Positions 18,266 through 28,603 of a DNA stretch of 64,000 nt are shown piece after piece. The notes under the pieces are model-generated. The model did no database searches. It saw nothing but the letters and a program-made list of their open reading frames with translations, and had not been told where the DNA came from. Each line of letters begins with the position of its first letter. Within the stretch, counting starts at the first letter, position 1. The position numbers were made by a program, and so were the translations under genes. Source of the stretch: Candidatus Latescibacterota bacterium (lineage in GTDB: Bacteria; Latescibacterota; UBA2968); the NCBI GenBank assembly GCA_965198115.1, contig OZ240241.1:3168001-3232000 (forward strand). Reading direction: 5' to 3'.

Positions 18266-19483
18266 TCAGAAATGATCCGGTCCCCAATAGACGACCTCGC
18301 GCCGCGGGAAGAGGATCGTCATGAAATCTGAAACCGCGGAATTCACAGAAACGCCTGTTGCCCGCAGCGCGGGAAGTGCTCCCTGCCAGCCCGGCTGACC
18401 GAATACAATCCGCCAAAACAGACTGGCCGGCAGCGCGAGTCGAGTGGCTGTTCGATCTGTTGCACGAATCTCGAGATTCGCGGAGTCACCGCGACGAAGG
18501 ATGCAGTGCTGGTCGTTCGTTTCGAAACGTATCGAGAAAGAACCACCCTTCGGAAGTCCCTCCAATCGGGATTCCAGCTCGGGTAGCAAGCTCTGGAACA
18601 AGCTCTGCAGATTGGCTGGATAGAGCATCGCCTGATCGTTTCCGGTCAGCGTAAGATCCCCACCCCACCTCTCCAGGATTAGATGCACGAACGGGTGTGT
18701 GTGCGGAATCTCACCGTGGATCTCCTCGATCTCCCGGTCTTCGCAGCTCTGGACAAGGGCTTCAACGAGACTCACAAGAACTCCGGAATCCTCCTGATCG
18801 GACGCCACTTCGTGTACAATCGCAGCCCCCTCGACTGAATCGAAATTCAGGTATCCCCCAACGCCATGATCGCGTCTGGCCACGACTGTGGGCAGAATGC
18901 CTCGCAGCCTGGCTGGTGTCGTGTCCCAGTAGGATCTGGGTCGCACGAGAGTCCCACTCTGATCGGCATTGCACTCATTGTAGAGAGTCGCCACCTGTTC
19001 CAGGTCTCGTCCTTCCTCGAAAGGTTCAGCCTCCCACGACAATGGTCTCGTCTCAGCCGGTGCTCCTCTTCGAATCTGAAAACCCTCCATGGGAAGGCTC
19101 CCCCATCCCAGCTTTCCATAGAAGCTGCACGGCAGGATCGAAAAGAGCATCCCGACATCGTAGCCCGCCTGCTGCATATGCTCTGCCGTGCCCCGCATCA
19201 GGGCCGAGGCATACCCTCGACCACGATGATCCGGATGAGTCCCAACGCCCCCGATCCCCGCCATCCGGACACTGCTAGATCCGACACGAAGCCTCCGCTC
19301 CCAGATCCGCAGCGTCGAAACAATCCGTCCACCGACCAAAACGACGCGGGTCTGATCCAGCCGGTAGCTCGAATCACCTCTGATGTATTCCGAGTAGCGC
19401 TCGGAACCATCCGATCGAAACACCAGACACTGAAGCGCGATCATTTCATCCAATTCGGATTCACGAACGGCTCTGACTTCCAA
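18266..19483 (-). CDS. GNAT acetyltransferase, Eis-like
   Basis: GIGGVGTHPDHRGRGYA, FYGKLGW; tandem GNAT + SCP2-like tail. Confidence 0.85.
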   Translation of the reverse strand: MEVRAVRESELDEMIALQCLVFRSDGSERYSEYIRGDSSYRLDQTRVVLVGGRIVSTLRIWERRLRVGSSSVRMAGIGGVGTHPDHRGRGYASALMRGTAEHMQQAGYDVGMLFSILPCSFYGKLGWGSLPMEGFQIRRGAPAETRPLSWEAEPFEEGRDLEQVATLYNECNADQSGTLVRPRSYWDTTPARLRGILPTVVARRDHGVGGYLNFDSVEGAAIVHEVASDQEDSGVLVSLVEALVQSCEDREIEEIHGEIPHTHPFVHLILERWGGDLTLTGNDQAMLYPANLQSLFQSLLPELESRLEGLPKGGSFSIRFETNDQHCILRRGDSANLEIRATDRTATRLALPASLFWRIVFGQPGWQGALPALRATGVSVNSAVSDFMTILFPRREVVYWGPDHF

Positions 19484-19703
19484 GTTTTCTCACTCCGTTT
19501 CCCACGACACTGCTCCCCTTTGCTCGCGGCATCTTGACGTATCGCGGATCGTCAGGACGCCTTCTTGAACTGATCATTGTGCCATGATAACCGTGACACC
19601 GCACGGTCGCAAAAATTCAGCGGACGAGGATTCGTCGCGTTAGTTTATTACAGCATCCAGCCTCCACACGAACCTGATCTGTGGAATCAAACGGAGCGAA
19701 CCT

Positions 19704-20549
19704 GTGGATGAAAAATTGACCGACTACCTTTTCGATCTGCACGGATATCTCGTGCTCGAGGACGTCATCGATCCGACCGACCTGAATGAAATGAATGCGT
19801 GGGTCGATGAGCACTGGGAATACGTCGAACGTCCGTGGGATGGAGAGGGAGAGAGCAAACAAAACAGGTGGATCGGCCACATCGAAACGCACCGATACGG
19901 AAACCACGACGGCGTGAACTTCCAGAACATCGTCGAGGCTGGTGCTGTGTTCGAACGGTTGATCGATCACCCCGGCTGGATCGATCTGATACGCAAGTAC
20001 CTCAATCCCATCAACCGCGTATCAATCCACGAGAATCTTCTGAACATTCGCGGCAAAGGTGAACACATCTACATGCATTCAGGCGGCCACTCGCCCATTT
20101 GCTACCAGACGTTTCGGCAGCGCAACACAGGCGAGTGGATGGTCGGCCAGATCAACGTGATCGTAGCACTCAACGACATCGGCCCAGGAGACGGGGGTAC
20201 GGTCGTCGTCCCGGGAAGCCACCAAGTCACAGATCTACATCCGCGTCTGGAAGTCGAGCTCGCACCGAGACGAGAAATGCCAGGCGGCACTGCGCTCGGC
20301 ATGGAGGAAGTTCATCTGAAGGCGGGAGATGCGGTCTTCTTCACGGATTCCATATCGCACGGGTCGGCCGAACGGACGAACGATGGCTATCGACGCACCG
20401 TGCTCTATCGGTACTCGCCGCGCTTTATTCGATCGCGGTTCAACTACGCGATGTCTGAGGGACTACGCGCTCGGTTGACGCCTGAACAGCTGGAGATTCT
20501 GGATCCGATCGAGAAGAGATCTCCGCCTACGGAAGGAGAAATCGACTAG
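19704..20549 (+). CDS. Phytanoyl-CoA dioxygenase (PhyH) family protein
   Basis: DLHGYLVLEDV, HSG, GGTVVVPGSH, KAGDAVFF...HGS. Confidence 0.88.
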   Translation: MDEKLTDYLFDLHGYLVLEDVIDPTDLNEMNAWVDEHWEYVERPWDGEGESKQNRWIGHIETHRYGNHDGVNFQNIVEAGAVFERLIDHPGWIDLIRKYLNPINRVSIHENLLNIRGKGEHIYMHSGGHSPICYQTFRQRNTGEWMVGQINVIVALNDIGPGDGGTVVVPGSHQVTDLHPRLEVELAPRREMPGGTALGMEEVHLKAGDAVFFTDSISHGSAERTNDGYRRTVLYRYSPRFIRSRFNYAMSEGLRARLTPEQLEILDPIEKRSPPTEGEID

Positions 20550-20594
20550 CACTGGGGCGCCGGATGCGAAACATCCGATCGTTGTGTGGCCATT

Positions 20595-21674
20595 TCACTT
20601 TGCCGGCAGCGAAATGCGGAAACGGGTGTCTTCATCCGGCTGACTGACAAGTTCGATTCTCCCGCCGTGGTCGCTCAGGATCCTGCGAACGGTTGCAAGA
20701 CCCAGTCCGATGCCCTCGTCATTCGCCTTGGTGGTGAAAAAGGGTTCGAAGACTCGATCCCGTTCGTCGGCAGAGATACCCGACCCATTGTCTTGGATTT
20801 CCAGGATGTGCTCGTCCGAGTCGTTTGCTGTCACGGATATGGTGATCGTTGCATCGCGTTTTTCGGCAATGTTCTGCCGGAGAGCATCGCTACTGTTCGT
20901 GAACACGTTGATCAAAACCTGCTGGAGCATGACAGGGTCCCCGAAAACGACTGCCTTTGCATCCGGCAGTGTCGTCTCGATCTTCAAATGCTCGCCGACG
21001 GCAGGACGCGTGATGGTGAGAACCTCCTCCACGACTTTTCGAAGGTCCGTATCGACTTTCTGAGCTTCCCGAGTTCCCGCAAAGATTGCAAGTAGATCGA
21101 AGATGGAGATGACCCGGTCCGCTGCATCGTGGGCCTCCTGAAGCAAACTGGCTTCCTGTTCAGTGACGTTGGCTGCGGCAAGTTCAATGTTTAGCCGCAT
21201 GCCGTTAAGTATGTTCACCACGTTGTGGAACAGACCCTCCGTGAGCCGACCGATCGCCTGGTGTCTATGAAGCCCCACAAGCCGACTTTCAAGTCGTTTC
21301 CTCTCGATACCGTACTGAATCGCCTTGTTCAGCGAATCGGCGTTCACCTGGCCCTTTACCAGGTAGTCTTGCGCCCCGAACCTGAGGGACCGAAGTGCAA
21401 GCTCCTCGTCATCCTGGCCCGTGAGGACGATGATCGCCGATCGGGAAGATCGCTTGAAGATCTCGCTGAATGTTTCAATGCCGTGACTATCGGGCAGCGT
21501 CAGGTCCAGCAGAATAAGTTGGAAAGAATTCTGTGCAGCCAGCTCAAGGGCTGATTCGAGCCGATCTGTTGTCGTGATGTCATACTGAACCCGCGACGAC
21601 GATCCAAGTTGCTCCTGGAACAGCCTGGCATCGCCGGGGTTGTCTTCTACGAGAAGAATCGGTATCGAATCCAC
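20595..21674 (-). CDS. Hybrid receiver-histidine kinase
   Basis: REC (LLVEDN, LLDLTLPD), H-box LFHNVVN, DNGSG, FEPFFTTK, GLGL. Confidence 0.9.
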   Translation of the reverse strand: MDSIPILLVEDNPGDARLFQEQLGSSSRVQYDITTTDRLESALELAAQNSFQLILLDLTLPDSHGIETFSEIFKRSSRSAIIVLTGQDDEELALRSLRFGAQDYLVKGQVNADSLNKAIQYGIERKRLESRLVGLHRHQAIGRLTEGLFHNVVNILNGMRLNIELAAANVTEQEASLLQEAHDAADRVISIFDLLAIFAGTREAQKVDTDLRKVVEEVLTITRPAVGEHLKIETTLPDAKAVVFGDPVMLQQVLINVFTNSSDALRQNIAEKRDATITISVTANDSDEHILEIQDNGSGISADERDRVFEPFFTTKANDEGIGLGLATVRRILSDHGGRIELVSQPDEDTRFRISLPAK

Positions 21675-21692
21675 GGTCCGTCCTCGTCGCCG

Positions 21693-22787
21693 TCAGAGGC
21701 TGAGCGACCTGAGGGCAATAGCGATCTGGCTAACGATGAGTATGGCCACGTGTTCACTTTCCACCGGAATCCCGTCCGGCCTGGTGTGGCAGAGTGTCAG
21801 AACTCCGACGGTCCCGCCCTCTATCCGAAATGGGATACACAGGAGAGACCCGATGGCCTCCTCCGAGTCACTCTCGACGTCTTGCGGAAGGCTGGGCAGG
21901 TCAGGAGCCGAAAGCAACGTGCCAGAATCATCCAAATCTGGATAAACTCGAACAACGGCCCTCGTGGCCACACTTGGTACTGCTATGGGTTGAACGTTTC
22001 TGGTCACCCACGAAGCGATCCCCTCCTCGTTGACAACTGGTTGAGATCCTACGATGACCTGTAGGTACTCACAGAGGGATGCGTCCCCGCCGCGTGAAGC
22101 GGCGACGTCGAAACCAGGAGGATCGCCGCGGAGAAACATGACCGCGCAAAGATTGCCTCCGGTTTCTTCGAGCAGCGTGTCGCAGGCCGTGTTGAGTACA
22201 TTGGCGCTATCCTCAGCGTCCTCGATCCCGGCGATGACACTTCGAATGATGGACAACTCACGAACCTTCCCCTCGAACTGATCGACCGTCTTGGCGAGAT
22301 CGTCTGCGAAGACATCGCTCAAACGCCGGAACCGGTTTTCACTCGCCTTCAGCTCGTCGTTCTTTTTCTGCAACTCTGCCCGATGCCTGTGGCGCTCCAC
22401 TGCGTATCTCAGAACCCGATCGACCGCATCTCCCGTAATCTTTCCTTTCACCAGATAGTCCTGCGCGCCCATCGCAATGGCTTCTGCCGCCACCTCACGG
22501 TCGTCGAAACCCGTCAAGACGATGACAGGGACATTCAGCGACTCACTGCTAAGCGTTTCGAATGTTTCCAGCCCTTGACCGTCCGGTAGAGAAAGATCCA
22601 GTAGAATGGCATCGTAGGAAGACTCCGAAAGCATCTGCAGACCCTCTGAGAGACGTCCGGCGCAGTCCATCTCCATTCGAAAGGTGCCGACCCCCCGCAA
22701 CATATTCTCGAAGAGGGCGACATCCGCCGGATTGTCTTCGATCAGAAGAACCCGATGAGTGTCGGCAGCCGAGCTTTCCTCTGTCAT
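21693..22787 (-). CDS. Response regulator, REC + coiled coil + GAF, no recognisable output domain
   Basis: LLIEDN, LLDLSLPD; C-terminal GAF-like SLLCIPF...VGVLTL. Confidence 0.82.
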   Translation of the reverse strand: MTEESSAADTHRVLLIEDNPADVALFENMLRGVGTFRMEMDCAGRLSEGLQMLSESSYDAILLDLSLPDGQGLETFETLSSESLNVPVIVLTGFDDREVAAEAIAMGAQDYLVKGKITGDAVDRVLRYAVERHRHRAELQKKNDELKASENRFRRLSDVFADDLAKTVDQFEGKVRELSIIRSVIAGIEDAEDSANVLNTACDTLLEETGGNLCAVMFLRGDPPGFDVAASRGGDASLCEYLQVIVGSQPVVNEEGIASWVTRNVQPIAVPSVATRAVVRVYPDLDDSGTLLSAPDLPSLPQDVESDSEEAIGSLLCIPFRIEGGTVGVLTLCHTRPDGIPVESEHVAILIVSQIAIALRSLSL

Positions 22788-22984
22788 TTCCGGACTCGCA
22801 TAAACGACGTAATTCCTTCTCTATCCTACACACGACTATGATCTTGACTGGACTGTCGCCTCGAAACTTTATCGATCCACCCCAACGACCGTGGACGACT
22901 GTGATGGGATCAAAAGTCTCCTCCGCCTGCCTGCGCAGCGCCCAAGGGAACACATACGCCTGCCCTTGTTCCTTTGCCCAAGAT

Positions 22985-23704
22985 CTATGTCTCTGACTCA
23001 GCGCCTTCCTCGTCAGCCGCAGCATCGAAATCCACCATGTCCGGACCACCCGCGTACTTAGTCGTCACAAACTTCCGCACCTGAAACATCTTCTGGATGA
23101 TTGTATTGATCCTGTCGCTGGCCTCAACGATCTCTTGCAACATCTCAGATCTCTTCTGTTCGTCCATCCTGCCCATTCCCAGCAGCTCTGCATTACCTTT
23201 CAGTAGGGTCAAAGGCTGCCTGATCTCGTGGGCGGCTCCAATCGCCGTAGCAGCAGCTGCATGGACGCGTTCTGCCTCCAGCAGCTTTTCCTGGAGCTCG
23301 AGCAATTCGAGCCTTTGGCTGTTGCGTTCGATCGCGTAGCGTAACGCACGCGCAATAAGCTCACCGTCGCCCTGCCCCTTGACGAGGTAGTCCTGCGCGC
23401 CTTCTTCGACCAGTTTCATACCAAGCATCTGATCGTTGAGACCGGTCAGGATGACAATGGGAAGATCAGTGGTCGTCTCGCGAACGGCCTCGTACGTCTC
23501 CGTTCCTTGGCTGTCAGGGAGGGAAAGATCCAGCAGAATCACATCCCAGGTCGCCTGGCCGATGCACTCGATCGCGGCCGCCAGGGATTCCGCAACTTGA
23601 ACGTCATACGCGCCAATGGATTGATCACGCAGCAGCTCTTTCAGTAGCCGGGAATCAGTGGGGCTGTCCTCGACAAGGAGGACCTTGACAAGATTCGTGT
23701 TCAT
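22985..23704 (-). CDS. Response regulator with HisKA dimerisation domain (no ATPase)
   Basis: REC plus AAHEIRQPLT H-box, then ends. Confidence 0.85.
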   Translation of the reverse strand: MNTNLVKVLLVEDSPTDSRLLKELLRDQSIGAYDVQVAESLAAAIECIGQATWDVILLDLSLPDSQGTETYEAVRETTTDLPIVILTGLNDQMLGMKLVEEGAQDYLVKGQGDGELIARALRYAIERNSQRLELLELQEKLLEAERVHAAAATAIGAAHEIRQPLTLLKGNAELLGMGRMDEQKRSEMLQEIVEASDRINTIIQKMFQVRKFVTTKYAGGPDMVDFDAAADEEGAESET

Positions 23705-23715
23705 TGTGGGTCAGC

Positions 23716-24165
23716 TCATTCCGACGGAAGCTTCACGATGGACAGCCAGAAGCTTTCGATCAACTGGACAACCTCGATGAATTGCTCAAAATCGACGGGC
23801 TTCGTGATGTAGCAGTTCGCGTTGAGGTCGTAGACCTTGAGGATGTCGGCCTCCGCGGCGGAGGTCGTCAAGATCACGACCGGGATCCGCTTCAGGTCCG
23901 GATCCGACTTATACTCTTCCAGAACTTCACGGCCATCTTTCTTGGGCAGATTCAGATCGAGCAAGATCAGGTCCGGACGAGGAGCATCGGCGTACTGGCC
24001 TTGTTTTTTCAAGTAGCTCAGGGCTTCCACACCGTCATTTACGATGGCCAGGTTGTTGCACACCTTACCTTCTTTGAGTGCCTCCTGCAGAAGCCGTACG
24101 TCACCCGGGTTATCCTCGACGAGTAAGATCTCTATCGGCCTTCCTAGTGAGTTCATCGGTGCCAT
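23716..24165 (-). CDS. Single-domain response regulator, Rcp1/phytochrome-partner type
   Basis: [49 protein letters not shown]. Confidence 0.92.
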   Translation of the reverse strand: MAPMNSLGRPIEILLVEDNPGDVRLLQEALKEGKVCNNLAIVNDGVEALSYLKKQGQYADAPRPDLILLDLNLPKKDGREVLEEYKSDPDLKRIPVVILTTSAAEADILKVYDLNANCYITKPVDFEQFIEVVQLIESFWLSIVKLPSE

Positions 24166-24282
24166 CGGCTTTCCCTGTTTTGGATCAAAGGATTTCGTTC
24201 CTACGGATCTTGTTCAAGCTACACACCACAATTTCTGACTGGTCACAGATCTCCTCGATCGACACTATCTATCGGTAGAATA

Positions 24283-24924
24283 AGTCATGACCTCCGGCAA
24301 AGCCGGAGGCTTGAAAACTTGTGAACCGCTCAAAGCGGTTGGAAACCAAGCGCCACCTAAAGGTGGCGATTACCTGAAAATGTTGAGCTGGTCGAGACGC
24401 CGGTCCTCCCGCTCCTGGTTCTGGATATACTCCCGAACCGTCTGTTCATCCTTGCCAACGGTGGAGACCCAGTAGCCTCTTGCCCAGAAATGCTGCCCGG
24501 TGAAGTTCGACCTGCGTCCCAGATAGTTCCGAGCAATGTGAATCGCACTCTTTCCTTTGATGAACCCTACCGTCTGAGCTACTGAGTGCTTCGGCGGGAT
24601 CGAAATCAGCATGTGCACATGGTCGGATCGCAGGTGACCCTCTTCCACACGGCATTCCTTCTGTGCGGCCAGATCCCGAATCACCTCGCCCAGATAGCGA
24701 CGAATTTCACCATACAACACTTTTCTACGATACTTCCGAACCCAAACAACGTCATACTTGCACTCCCATACCGTGTGACGTAGACTCCTTACGTTGTTCA
24801 TTAGAGAGCCTTCCTTCCGTGTGCTTTGAGCGGTCCACGGCAAGGGAGGCTCTTACATATTTCTGGAACTGTCAAACTCTGGGAGTCTCCCCGGCAGAGC
24901 CGGGGGCTTACCAAGGTTTAGTTA
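24283..24924 (-). mobile_element. IS200-type element, copy 2 (intact)
   Basis: Terminal hairpins, no IRs or TSD; sits between a kinase gene and a response regulator gene. Confidence 0.9.
24370..24801 (-). CDS. tnpA: IS200/IS605 Y1 transposase
   Basis: HUH motif DHVH, KGKSA, FWARGY, catalytic Tyr in VREYIQNQ. Confidence 0.93.
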   Translation of the reverse strand: MNNVRSLRHTVWECKYDVVWVRKYRRKVLYGEIRRYLGEVIRDLAAQKECRVEEGHLRSDHVHMLISIPPKHSVAQTVGFIKGKSAIHIARNYLGRRSNFTGQHFWARGYWVSTVGKDEQTVREYIQNQEREDRRLDQLNIFR

Positions 24925-24977
24925 CGCGTACTGCCCCCCGATCAAAAGTTGAGACTATGGGGCAGCGTTGCAACCAG

Positions 24978-27359
24978 TTACGGACCTCCGTGGTCTTCCT
25001 TTGGGAGTGTAAACGTGAACGTCGCACCGTGGCTAGGTTCCGAGTCGACCCAGATCTCGCCGTCGTGCCGTTCAACGATTTTTCTACACATAGCCAGACC
25101 GATGCCGTTTCCGGCATATTCGGATCGTTGGTGAAGTCGTTGGAAAACCTGGAAAATCCTGTCCGAATACGCTGGATCGATTCCGATCCCGTTGTCCCGA
25201 ACCTCGAACTGCCATATCGAGTCGTGCGAGGTGGCCGAGATGTGGATGTGGGGAGGAACCTCAGCTCTGAATTTGATGGCATTATCGATCAAATTCTGGA
25301 ACAATACGGCGAGCTGCTCCTCGTCTCCCACGACCATCGGCAAAGGCTCTCGCTCAACAACGGTTTCGGTCTCGCCGATTTCTTTCTCGAGTTTAGTGAG
25401 TGCCCGATCAAGGACCTCTTCACAGTTCGTGGCCTGGAACGACTCGCCCTTTTGATCGAGCCGTGAGAATTGGAGAAGATCGGTGATGAGTCTCGACATT
25501 CGGTGTGCGCCGTCTGAGGCGAATTCGATGAAATCGAGTGCATCTCCGTCGAGTCTGTTTTTGTATCTCTTCTCCAGCAGGCCGACATAGCTGGAGACCA
25601 TTCTGAGGGGTTCCTGTAGGTCGTGCGAAGCCACGTAGGCAAACCGTTCCAACTCCTCGTTCGATCGCTCCAACTCCCGGGTGTGTCGCTCCAGAGTGGC
25701 GTGGGCCTCCGACAGTTCCTCCGTACGCTCTTCGACCAGTTGTTCGATTCTGGTCGTCCGGCCGGTTACCGTCAGCAGAAAAGCACCGAGCATGCCCGTG
25801 AAGAACAGGCCACCCACCAACACCATCCAGATATCCCAGGAGCGGCGGGAGGCCATGAATTCCTGTGTCGGGACGAGTTGGAGCGACCATCTCCGGCTGC
25901 CCAGGTTAAAGCTGCTCGTCCATTCCAGACCGACGTTGTCATCGTCAGGAATTGGCTCGACAGACTGAACGCCCTCCCTATCCACACACAGCAGCCGCGC
26001 ATCCTCCGGAGCCGAATCGTCGTAGAGCCGTAATTCTACGCCCGATCGATCCAGATTCTCCAAAGAGGCCTTGACGACATCACCTATCCGGAACACGCCC
26101 AACGCGAATCCACGTAAATTCGCTCGACGACCATCGACGGTTTCGGGCCGTTCGTCACTCTCGTAGACAGGAACAAAAACGAGGATCGCGAACTGCCGGC
26201 CACCCTCCTGGACCAACGTAATGCGTGCGGTGGCCACAGGTTCACCCGTGTCTCGCGCAAGGTTCAGAGCCTCCAGACGGGCAGGGTTGGAAGCGAGGTC
26301 GAACCACAGTGCCATTTCGTTGCCGGCGTACGGTTCGACATAATAGACGGGGAAGTACTCACCACGAGAACCGGCACGCACCATCTGACCCTGCTGTTCT
26401 CGCTCCGTGAACTGAAAGCCTTCGTACCCACTACGTCGCGCGGCATCCTCGAACTGCCCACGCTGAGCGTCGGGCACGCTTGGAATCCATTCCAGCGCCT
26501 GAATGCCTGGGTGGCGCTCATAGGGCAGCTGGGCAAAACTTCCGAATGCCGCAGGACCCACTTCACGTGAATTCACGAAGAAGCGTTCGACCGCGTGGAG
26601 GATGTCTACGTAACTGCTCAGGCCCTTCTGGAGGGATAAGGCGAGAACGTCGGCTCGACGTTCGAACTCGAGGCGAGTTCGATTTTGCTCGGTCGAGCTG
26701 GCGAAGAAGAAGGCGACGATCGAAACGGTAAAGGCAAGGAGCATGGGGATGCCAACCGAAAAGCGCCGTCGTCGCCACAGCGCACGAGGTTCTGCAGCGC
26801 ACGTCAATATCAGTGGGGCAAAGATGATCACCCCAACGACATCGCCGACCCACCACGTAAACCACGTAAACGGAAGGTCGGACGCGGGAGTGGCTCCAGC
26901 GAGCGCGAGCGTTGTGGTTCCCAGACTGGCATTGACAGAACACGCAACAGGACCGGCCAGCACCAGAAAGCGAAGAACCTCCTCGACTCTATCCAGGGTG
27001 CTATCGAACCCGACGAATCGCCCGATGAGAGCCCCGCCTGCGACCGCCTGTATGCCTGCCCCCATTCCTATGCTCAACGCGACAACGGCGTTCTTCACCA
27101 TGATTTCGGTCGTTGCTGCGTCGGGAGGCACCGAAACGTTGACGAGAAACGATCCGACGACGACAGCTGGCCAGACACGGTAGCCGAACAGGAGGATGCC
27201 AGCGAGAGCAATACCGGATGGAGGCCATACAGCCGTCGCGTACCCCGGCTCTATGGCCAGCAGCAGTCCGAGCTTCCCAAAAGCAAAGTAGCCAACGGCA
27301 ATGATCGTCCATCGCTGAAGATCGCCCAGCCAAGTCTGATCTTCGATGTCTCTCTTCAC
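24978..27359 (-). CDS. MASE1-CHASE sensor histidine kinase (phytochrome-type kinase core)
   Basis: VWPPSG...WWVGD (MASE1), YFPVYYVEP (CHASE), FAYVASHDLQEPLR, NLIDNAIKF, GIGLA. Confidence 0.92.
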   Translation of the reverse strand: MKRDIEDQTWLGDLQRWTIIAVGYFAFGKLGLLLAIEPGYATAVWPPSGIALAGILLFGYRVWPAVVVGSFLVNVSVPPDAATTEIMVKNAVVALSIGMGAGIQAVAGGALIGRFVGFDSTLDRVEEVLRFLVLAGPVACSVNASLGTTTLALAGATPASDLPFTWFTWWVGDVVGVIIFAPLILTCAAEPRALWRRRRFSVGIPMLLAFTVSIVAFFFASSTEQNRTRLEFERRADVLALSLQKGLSSYVDILHAVERFFVNSREVGPAAFGSFAQLPYERHPGIQALEWIPSVPDAQRGQFEDAARRSGYEGFQFTEREQQGQMVRAGSRGEYFPVYYVEPYAGNEMALWFDLASNPARLEALNLARDTGEPVATARITLVQEGGRQFAILVFVPVYESDERPETVDGRRANLRGFALGVFRIGDVVKASLENLDRSGVELRLYDDSAPEDARLLCVDREGVQSVEPIPDDDNVGLEWTSSFNLGSRRWSLQLVPTQEFMASRRSWDIWMVLVGGLFFTGMLGAFLLTVTGRTTRIEQLVEERTEELSEAHATLERHTRELERSNEELERFAYVASHDLQEPLRMVSSYVGLLEKRYKNRLDGDALDFIEFASDGAHRMSRLITDLLQFSRLDQKGESFQATNCEEVLDRALTKLEKEIGETETVVEREPLPMVVGDEEQLAVLFQNLIDNAIKFRAEVPPHIHISATSHDSIWQFEVRDNGIGIDPAYSDRIFQVFQRLHQRSEYAGNGIGLAMCRKIVERHDGEIWVDSEPSHGATFTFTLPKEDHGGP

Positions 27360-27401
27360 TTCGGCGGATTCCTTCCCATCAAAAATGACGTGTACGGCAA
27401 C

Positions 27402-28124
27402 TCAAAGTTTCAACTTCAGTCCTACGCCGACACCCCACCCGTCGAGAATCGGGTTGGTGTCTTCAAATTCATTGTAGCGTGCTTCGATCACCAGATCGAA
27501 AGCATCGTTCACTCTGATACTGAGCTGCGATTCAGTCACCCAGCGATTAGGCGCATTCTCTCGGACATTCAGATCCGTAAATCCGGCCAGTCCGACTCTC
27601 TCTCCCAGTATGAATGAATGAATCACGCTGGCTTGCCATCCGGAACCGTCTGTCTCTATTGGGTGAACGCGCCACTGGACCCAACTTTTCCCCGATCTGA
27701 CCACCGCGTGTTTGAACGTCACACCTGGCCTCAGCAGATCGTTGCCCTGTCCATTGAAGTCATTGTACTCGATCTCCACTCCCAAGCCGTCAAACAACCA
27801 ATCGGCGACGATCGGTTTCCTTAAACGGAATTCGATGAAGTAACGACTCAGATCGAATCGTTCGTTGCCATCATTCTGGTTGCCGTGAAGATCCACGAAT
27901 CCCCAGAGGTTCATCCCCCCTGGAAGGGCGCGTGGAGTCACAAGAATGTTGAGCGTATTGTAGGATCTCGTGTCGAGATAGTAGGTGAGCGTTGCGGCTA
28001 CCGGTTTCGCTGCCCTGGCCGTTCCGTGAGCAAAGGCCAGGCCCAAGAGCAGGAGCATCATACCGAGGTCAGCCAGACGTGAATCTCTCCTCAACTGGCA
28101 GCCCCGGCGGGGGAGTGCGATCAT
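27402..28124 (-). CDS. Putative outer-membrane beta-barrel protein
   Basis: Signal peptide (...AHGTARA), alternating beta strands, C-terminal WGVGVGLKLKL. Confidence 0.65.
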   Translation of the reverse strand: MIALPRRGCQLRRDSRLADLGMMLLLLGLAFAHGTARAAKPVAATLTYYLDTRSYNTLNILVTPRALPGGMNLWGFVDLHGNQNDGNERFDLSRYFIEFRLRKPIVADWLFDGLGVEIEYNDFNGQGNDLLRPGVTFKHAVVRSGKSWVQWRVHPIETDGSGWQASVIHSFILGERVGLAGFTDLNVRENAPNRWVTESQLSIRVNDAFDLVIEARYNEFEDTNPILDGWGVGVGLKLKL

Positions 28125-28513
28125 TTATCCAGCCGATTCGAGGCGTATTCGCGCCACCCACCCCACGATGTGATCTCACCCTTCCCACGGCAGATGTGCG
28201 GCTCGCCCAGCACCCCAAGCACTTCCTCTCCATCGGATAACGTGATCCGACCGATGCAGAGTCCGGGGGGCTCCTGCAAGAGCAGCGTGGCCCCACCTTC
28301 GGCGGGCACTTCCCAGATTTCGAGGGCTATCTCAGAACCTCCGGACTCTGTCTTCATCATAGCCGGGTGAACGTCGTCGATGGACCACAGCTGGTAGCAC
28401 GATGCCGTATGGGCTTCGCGGCGGAACTTTGACCCCAGGCTCGTGAGATTCCCATTCAGCGCCAATCCGCGCATCAGTGTTCCGTTCACCGCAAGTTCTA
28501 CGAATCTTTTCAC
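28121..28513 (-). CDS. Allophanate hydrolase C-terminal-like / gamma-glutamylcyclotransferase-fold protein
   Basis: LAVNGTLMRG, ALEIWEVP, EPPGLCIGRITLSDG, EITSWGGWREY. Confidence 0.82.
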   Translation of the reverse strand: MKRFVELAVNGTLMRGLALNGNLTSLGSKFRREAHTASCYQLWSIDDVHPAMMKTESGGSEIALEIWEVPAEGGATLLLQEPPGLCIGRITLSDGEEVLGVLGEPHICRGKGEITSWGGWREYASNRLDK

Positions 28514-28603
28514 AGAGCTCCTCCACCGGACATCTGCCTGAAACTAACAAGTGGCCATTCGATCGAGATCTGCGCTGACAAAAGGCCCCGATGATGGCTT
28601 GAG

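Noticed and set aside
26685-27617. 310-aa plus-strand ORF and similar long ORFs opposite real genes
   Set aside because: Antisense shadows typical of high-GC DNA; the opposite strand holds clear domain-bearing genes
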